A model generated the notes under the pieces. It had not been told where the DNA came from. It ran no database searches and saw only the letters and a program-made list of their open reading frames with translations. A stretch of DNA of 20,000 bases from an uncultured virus (IMG/VR IMGVR_UViG_3300042945_003839) (taxonomy: Duplodnaviria; Heunggongvirae; Uroviricota; Caudoviricetes): the IMG/VR virus record IMGVR_UViG_3300042945_003839; one strand, given 5' to 3'. The position numbers and the translations under genes are program-made. This document shows, piece by piece, positions 16,855-20,000 of this stretch. Each line of letters starts with the position of its first letter. Positions within the stretch are counted from its first letter, which is position 1.

Positions 16855-19800
16855 CTATTTTACTATTTTTCTTTCCACCTCAATTTTTGGTACATCCTTA
16901 CGTTCAGCCTGCACCAGATAGAAGCAACGAACATTTCCAGAATCACTATTGATTTTTATTTTCTTATTATTAAATTTTACAACATAGTGAGAGTCAGAGC
17001 TTCCAATAGGAGTCAATTGCACAGTAATAGAATCTTCATGTACAAGATCTTTCCAGTAATATGGAAGAATTATTTCTTTACTGCCTTCTAGTCTTCCACG
17101 TATATACACTCCATTCTCTGGGCCTTCCAAACATGCATATTCTAATTTCATGTTTTTCTTAGAAGGATGGTCAATCAAGAATGACTTTTTAACTGCGTAA
17201 AAATTACCTGCAACCGTAACGTCTCCTCCAGAAGCTCCTATATTAATAGTTGCTGCTGCTCCACCCATATTGAGACCAGTTACTGTAGCATTGAGTAAAT
17301 TGAACGTTGTAGCTGTAGAAGTAATGTCTCCACCATTTACAGCAAGGTCTCCAGCAAGAGTCAACAAATCAGTATTTGGATTATACTGTATGTTTGTACC
17401 ACCATCTATAAACAAAGTTGCAGATGTACTTGTTGCAGATGCATCAGTAAATACAAGATTATAGCTTGAGCTTGCACTTGTTGCAGTAACGCCAACAGAC
17501 GCAGATGATGCTGCAGCAGACCATGACAAAACTCCAGCAGTTGTAGATTGAAGTACATGTCCATTAGATGCAGGGAATGCGGAAGGAAGAGTATACACCA
17601 AATCTGCAGTCATTGCCTGAGCTTTAAATCCAGTATAATTAGAACCACCTGATTCGAGAATTCTGATTTCACCAGGCTGAGGACTACCACCAGAATCAGT
17701 ATAATCGCCAAGCAAAAGCGGTGCTCCACTGATAGAAGTAGCGCCGCCTTGACCTCCATTTTGTATTGTAAGAGATCCAGTAGTGCCAGAGCCTGCTACA
17801 CTACTTGTAGGAGTAACTACAAAATTACCATTTGGAATAATTGAAAGATTGTTAGTAGAACCAGTAACTGTTCTCATGGTAGTGGCAGATGCACTACCCA
17901 GTGTAATGTTACTATTTCTAATATGAGCAGTTCCAGTAGCAGCTGCGCCCATAACAATGACATTAGCAGCGCCAAGCACATTTGCATTTGTAACTGTAGT
18001 GTTTAATAAATTAAATGTGGTAGAACTAGAAGTAATTGTACCTCCATTTGCGAGAATAGCGCTTTGGAATGTAGAAACGCCAGTTACTGTAAGAGTGCTA
18101 TTGGCAGACAAAGCACCCTGTATAACTGTAGCGCCTGTCACAGTGAGAGTTCCGTTTATGTTAGTACCAGCGTTTCTTATAGTAGAGGTTCCGCCTGTTC
18201 CACCTATAACTACAATATTTGCAGCACCAAGCACATTTGCATTTGTAACTGTAGCATTTAATAAATTAAATGTAGTAGCAGTACTTGTAATGTCTCCACC
18301 GTTTACTGCTATATCATCAACAAATGTAGCAGCTCCTGTCACTGAAAGAGTACTATTAAAGGCACCAGCACCTTGGTGTACTGAGACACCAGTGACAGTG
18401 AGAGTACTGTTCATGTTCACAGCACCCTGCAATGTCGATGCACCCTGAAGTGTTGTGATACCAGTAACAGTGAGAGTACTGTTAGCATTTACTGCACCCT
18501 GAAGCGTAGAAGCACCTTGCAATGTGGTGACGCCGGTTACGGTAAGAGTACTATTAAACGAACCGGCACCTTGATGCACTGAGACACCTGTAACAGTAAG
18601 AGTACCGTTAATGTTTGTACCAGCATTACGAATTGTAGTAGTGCCGCTTGCACTTCCTATAGAAATTGTACTTCCAGATGTAGTTCCAATATTTATTATA
18701 GATGAAGTATTGGTAATAAAATTAAAAGTAGTTGCTGTGGTCTCAATATCTCCGCCATTAACATAAAGATCTCCAGTTAGAGTTAGAGAAGTTCCTGTAA
18801 TATTTGTGAATACAGGATTAGTTAAAGTGGCGCTATTTAAAGTTGGAGAATCTTGCCTTACGACACTGCCAGTTCCGCTATTTGCAGTCCAAACTGGAGC
18901 TGATGTGGTTGCTGTCAAAACATGATTTGCTGACCCAATAGCAAGCTTAGTCAATGCAGTTCCAGCAGCATAATAAACCATATCTCCAGCAGTATAGGAA
19001 GTAATTCCAGTCCCACCGTAGTCTGATTTTATTGAAGTACCTTGCCAAGTACCAATTCCTATAGTTCCGACCTGAATCAAAGATGACGAAGTGATCGTAG
19101 AACCTAAAGTTGTATTAGATAGAACTGAAGTATTGGCAATTTTATAAGTTTTACCAGATGCAATACTTATGTTTTCAGTTGATTCCCAGTTGTTTCCAGT
19201 TGTATTATATTGCCAATTAATACCAGTAGAACCAAGAGTTATTCCAGCTCCATTTACTGCACTCGTGGTAGTCTGTCCATCTGCAAGAACGATATTCAAA
19301 TCATCAATGGTAACAGTAGTGGAATTTACTGTAGTGGTTGAGCCATCAACAACAAGATTGCCTCTAACGTTAACTGTAGCACCAGTTGTTCCAGTACCAA
19401 GATTAATAACAGCTGTTGTAGATCCTATATTGACTGTATTAGCACCACCACCAATATTAAGACCAGTAACAGTAGTATTCAAAAGATTAAAAGTAGTGGC
19501 CGTAGAAGTAATGTCTCCACCGTTCACAGCTATGTCATCAACAAACGTAGCAGCTCCTGTCACTGAAAGAGTACTATTAAAGGCACCAGCACCTTGGTGT
19601 ACTGAGACACCAGTGACAGTGAGAGTACTGTTCATGTTCACAGCACCCTGCAATGTTGATGCACCTTGTAATGTCGTTACACCAGTTACAGTGAGAGTAC
19701 TATTAAAGGCACCAGCACCTTGATGCACTGAGACGCCAGTTACGGTGAGAGTGCCGTTGATATTTGTACCAGCATTTCTTATTGTAGCAGTACCACCTGT

Positions 19801-20000
19801 GCCACCCAGAATAATCGTGTTAGCAGCGCCACCTAGATTAAGACCAGTAACTGTAGAATTAAGTAAATTAAAAGTAGTAGCAGTACTTGTAATGTCTCCA
19901 CCGTTTACTGCTATATCATCAACAAATGTAGCAGCTCCTGTCACTGAAAGAGTACTATTAAAGGCACCAGCACCTTGGTGTACTGAGACACCAGTGACAG
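16855..20000 (-). CDS. Giant repetitive fibre protein B, 5'-truncated (>1047 aa), with C-terminal 'SFLIDHP-CLEGPE' domain
   Basis: The frame stays open upstream of the listed GTG at 19944 to the window edge (VTGVSVHQGAGAFNSTLS), so the true start is outside the window. Same repeat modules as fibre A. Confidence 0.85.
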   Translation of the reverse strand, partial: VTGVSVHQGAGAFNSTLSVTGAATFVDDIAVNGGDITSTATTFNLLNSTVTGLNLGGAANTIILGGTGGTATIRNAGTNINGTLTVTGVSVHQGAGAFNSTLTVTGVTTLQGASTLQGAVNMNSTLTVTGVSVHQGAGAFNSTLSVTGAATFVDDIAVNGGDITSTATTFNLLNTTVTGLNIGGGANTVNIGSTTAVINLGTGTTGATVNVRGNLVVDGSTTTVNSTTVTIDDLNIVLADGQTTTSAVNGAGITLGSTGINWQYNTTGNNWESTENISIASGKTYKIANTSVLSNTTLGSTITSSSLIQVGTIGIGTWQGTSIKSDYGGTGITSYTAGDMVYYAAGTALTKLAIGSANHVLTATTSAPVWTANSGTGSVVRQDSPTLNSATLTNPVFTNITGTSLTLTGDLYVNGGDIETTATTFNFITNTSSIINIGTTSGSTISIGSASGTTTIRNAGTNINGTLTVTGVSVHQGAGSFNSTLTVTGVTTLQGASTLQGAVNANSTLTVTGITTLQGASTLQGAVNMNSTLTVTGVSVHQGAGAFNSTLSVTGAATFVDDIAVNGGDITSTATTFNLLNATVTNANVLGAANIVVIGGTGGTSTIRNAGTNINGTLTVTGATVIQGALSANSTLTVTGVSTFQSAILANGGTITSSSTTFNLLNTTVTNANVLGAANVIVMGAAATGTAHIRNSNITLGSASATTMRTVTGSTNNLSIIPNGNFVVTPTSSVAGSGTTGSLTIQNGGQGGATSISGAPLLLGDYTDSGGSPQPGEIRILESGGSNYTGFKAQAMTADLVYTLPSAFPASNGHVLQSTTAGVLSWSAAASSASVGVTATSASSSYNLVFTDASATSTSATLFIDGGTNIQYNPNTDLLTLAGDLAVNGGDITSTATTFNLLNATVTGLNMGGAAATINIGASGGDVTVAGNFYAVKKSFLIDHPSKKNMKLEYACLEGPENGVYIRGRLEGSKEIILPYYWKDLVHEDSITVQLTPIGSSDSHYVVKFNNKKIKINSDSGNVRCFYLVQAERKDVPKIEVERKIVK
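18272..20000. repeat. Exact direct repeats inside fibre B: 18272-18398 = 19874-20000 (at least 127 bp) and 18326-18435 = 19547-19656 (110 bp)
   Basis: Base-by-base comparison by eye; offsets 1602 and 1221 (both in frame). Confidence 0.85.

Noticed and set aside
8861..19723. Many + strand ORFs of 60-184 aa opposite the two fibre genes
   Set aside because: Antisense shadows of repetitive Thr/Gly/Val codons; they mirror the fibre repeats and have no independent signals.
8509..20000. Diversity-generating retroelement template/variable repeat pair
   Set aside because: No reverse transcriptase in the window. Repeat differences are mostly synonymous third-position changes rather than adenine-specific, and all copies lie in frame within coding shafts.
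9640..20000. CRISPR-like array suggested by recurring 30-50 bp sequences
   Set aside because: The repeats are in-frame coding modules with wobble variation and no regular unique spacers; no cas genes.
1..20000. Genome-wide stop-codon reassignment (code 15 or 4)
   Set aside because: Standard code gives near-complete coding density with very long uninterrupted ORFs. TGA is used in coupled overlaps, and reading through the methyltransferase TAG would run out of frame into the next gene.

Overview
A 20 kb piece of a large tailed-phage (probably jumbo/huge phage) genome. All credible genes are on the minus strand, tightly packed and often translationally coupled. In transcription order (right to left): a 5'-truncated Thr/Gly-rich fibre protein (>1047 aa) ending in a 'SFLIDHP...CLEGPE' domain; three LamG/ConA-like paralogues; two small proteins (one missing from the ORF track); a second, paralogous 1963-aa fibre; a 127-aa protein; three glycine-rich paralogues with a 61-aa protein among them; a SAM-dependent methyltransferase; a GT-A-like glycosyltransferase; a hypothetical protein; the large terminase subunit; and three hypothetical proteins, the last running off the left edge. 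The most notable pattern is two parallel cassettes, each one giant modular fibre followed by three paralogous candidate tip/lectin proteins, with a methyltransferase/glycosyltransferase pair next to them. The fibre repeats show within-gene homogenisation and traces of exchange between the two genes. I saw no RNA genes, CRISPR array, integrase, transposase or reverse transcriptase. All functional calls come from reading motifs by eye; no searches were run.
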